Shown in pieces: positions 31,395 to 32,000 of a stretch of DNA of 32,000 nucleotides; within the stretch, counting starts at the first letter, position 1; each line of letters opens with the position of its first letter. A program made the position numbers and the translations under genes. The DNA is from Wigglesworthia glossinidia endosymbiont of Glossina brevipalpis (lineage in GTDB: Bacteria > Pseudomonadota > Gammaproteobacteria > Enterobacterales > Enterobacteriaceae). The notes under the pieces are model-generated. The model did not search any database. It was given only the letters and a program-made list of their open reading frames with translations, and had not been told where the DNA came from. Location of the stretch: positions 510,001 to 542,000 of the forward strand of contig BA000021.3 of assembly GCA_000008885.1 (NCBI GenBank), given 5' to 3'.

Positions 31395-32000
31395 ATGAAA
31401 TATATAATTAATTCATTAGTTATTTTTGATACAATTGAATATAATCTAAGCTTATTTAAAAAAAAAAACAAACATATCAAATTATCACATTCTGCTGGAA
31501 GAGTTTTAGAAGAACTTATTAAATTTCATAAAAATTCTTCTCCAATATCAAGGGAATATCTTTTTAAGAATATTTGGATAATACATGGATTACAACCATC
31601 TAATGGAAATTTGAATCAACAAATTAGTTTAATAAGAAAAGGTTTAAAACATCTTGGATTAAACTCTTCAGTTATAGTAACAATTCCAAAAAAAGGTTTA
31701 AAATTAAATGATAAATTAAAGATAAAAAAGTTAGAAAAAAATAATGCAAAAGATTTCATAATAGATGAAATTAGTTCTTCTTTTAAGAAAAGAACTTTAT
31801 TTAATTTATCAAGAATAAATTTTAAATATAAAATTATTTTCTCTTTAATATCTTTTATAATATTATTTATCTTTTTTAGCATGTTTTATTCTTTTAAATA
31901 CAAAAATAACTTAAATCAAAAATTATATTTCTTTGATCAAGTAAATTCTTGCAAGGTATACACATTTCATCCTATTTCTATTTTAGAAAAAAAAGAATAC
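31395..32000 (+). CDS. CadC/ToxR-like membrane-anchored winged-helix transcriptional regulator, N-terminal part (runs off the window)
   Basis: 202 open codons from ATG 31395, preceded by GGAG at 31385-31388. The N-terminal Trans_reg_C-like domain is LSHSAGRVLEELIKFHKNSSPISREYLFKNIW...LNQQISLIRKGLKHLG...VIVTIPKKGLKL, followed by a TM segment (IIFSLISFIILFIFFSMFYSF) and the start of a periplasmic segment. This ORF is absent from the supplied track. Confidence 0.8.
   Translation, partial: MKYIINSLVIFDTIEYNLSLFKKKNKHIKLSHSAGRVLEELIKFHKNSSPISREYLFKNIWIIHGLQPSNGNLNQQISLIRKGLKHLGLNSSVIVTIPKKGLKLNDKLKIKKLEKNNAKDFIIDEISSSFKKRTLFNLSRINFKYKIIFSLISFIILFIFFSMFYSFKYKNNLNQKLYFFDQVNSCKVYTFHPISILEKKEY

Noticed and set aside
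1-32000. CRISPR array, prophage, transposon, toxin-antitoxin or restriction system
   Set aside because: I saw no spaced direct repeats, integrase or transposase motifs, or defence-gene families. Every long ORF is accounted for by a conserved gene.

Overview
This is a very AT-rich, gene-dense chromosomal window. Gene content and local order resemble Enterobacterales, and the extreme AT bias, short intergenic spaces and missing neighbour genes suggest a reduced-genome, obligate-symbiont-type gammaproteobacterium (inference). From left to right I recognise recJ (partial), prfB (programmed +1 frameshift), lysS, yhgN/marC family, asd, ubiG, gyrA, lnt, ybeY, panC, panB, rnpB RNA, rsmI, dolP (yraP), bioA divergent from bioB-F-C-D, lptG and lptF divergent from pepA-valS, pyrB, ribD-ribH-nusB-thiL-pgpA, and a partial CadC/ToxR-like membrane-anchored winged-helix regulator at the right edge. 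Four B-vitamin routes are represented: pantothenate, biotin, riboflavin and thiamine. I found no convincing new multi-gene defence or mobile system. The most notable signals are a prfB recoding site whose in-frame stop is UAA and which lacks the Shine-Dalgarno-like stimulator; nusB split at an A12 tract, needing slippage, -1 frameshifting or pseudogene status; comparable in-frame A11-A12 tracts in other genes; the retained CadC-like regulator behind a long near-perfect AT palindrome; and valS truncated before its C-terminal arm.
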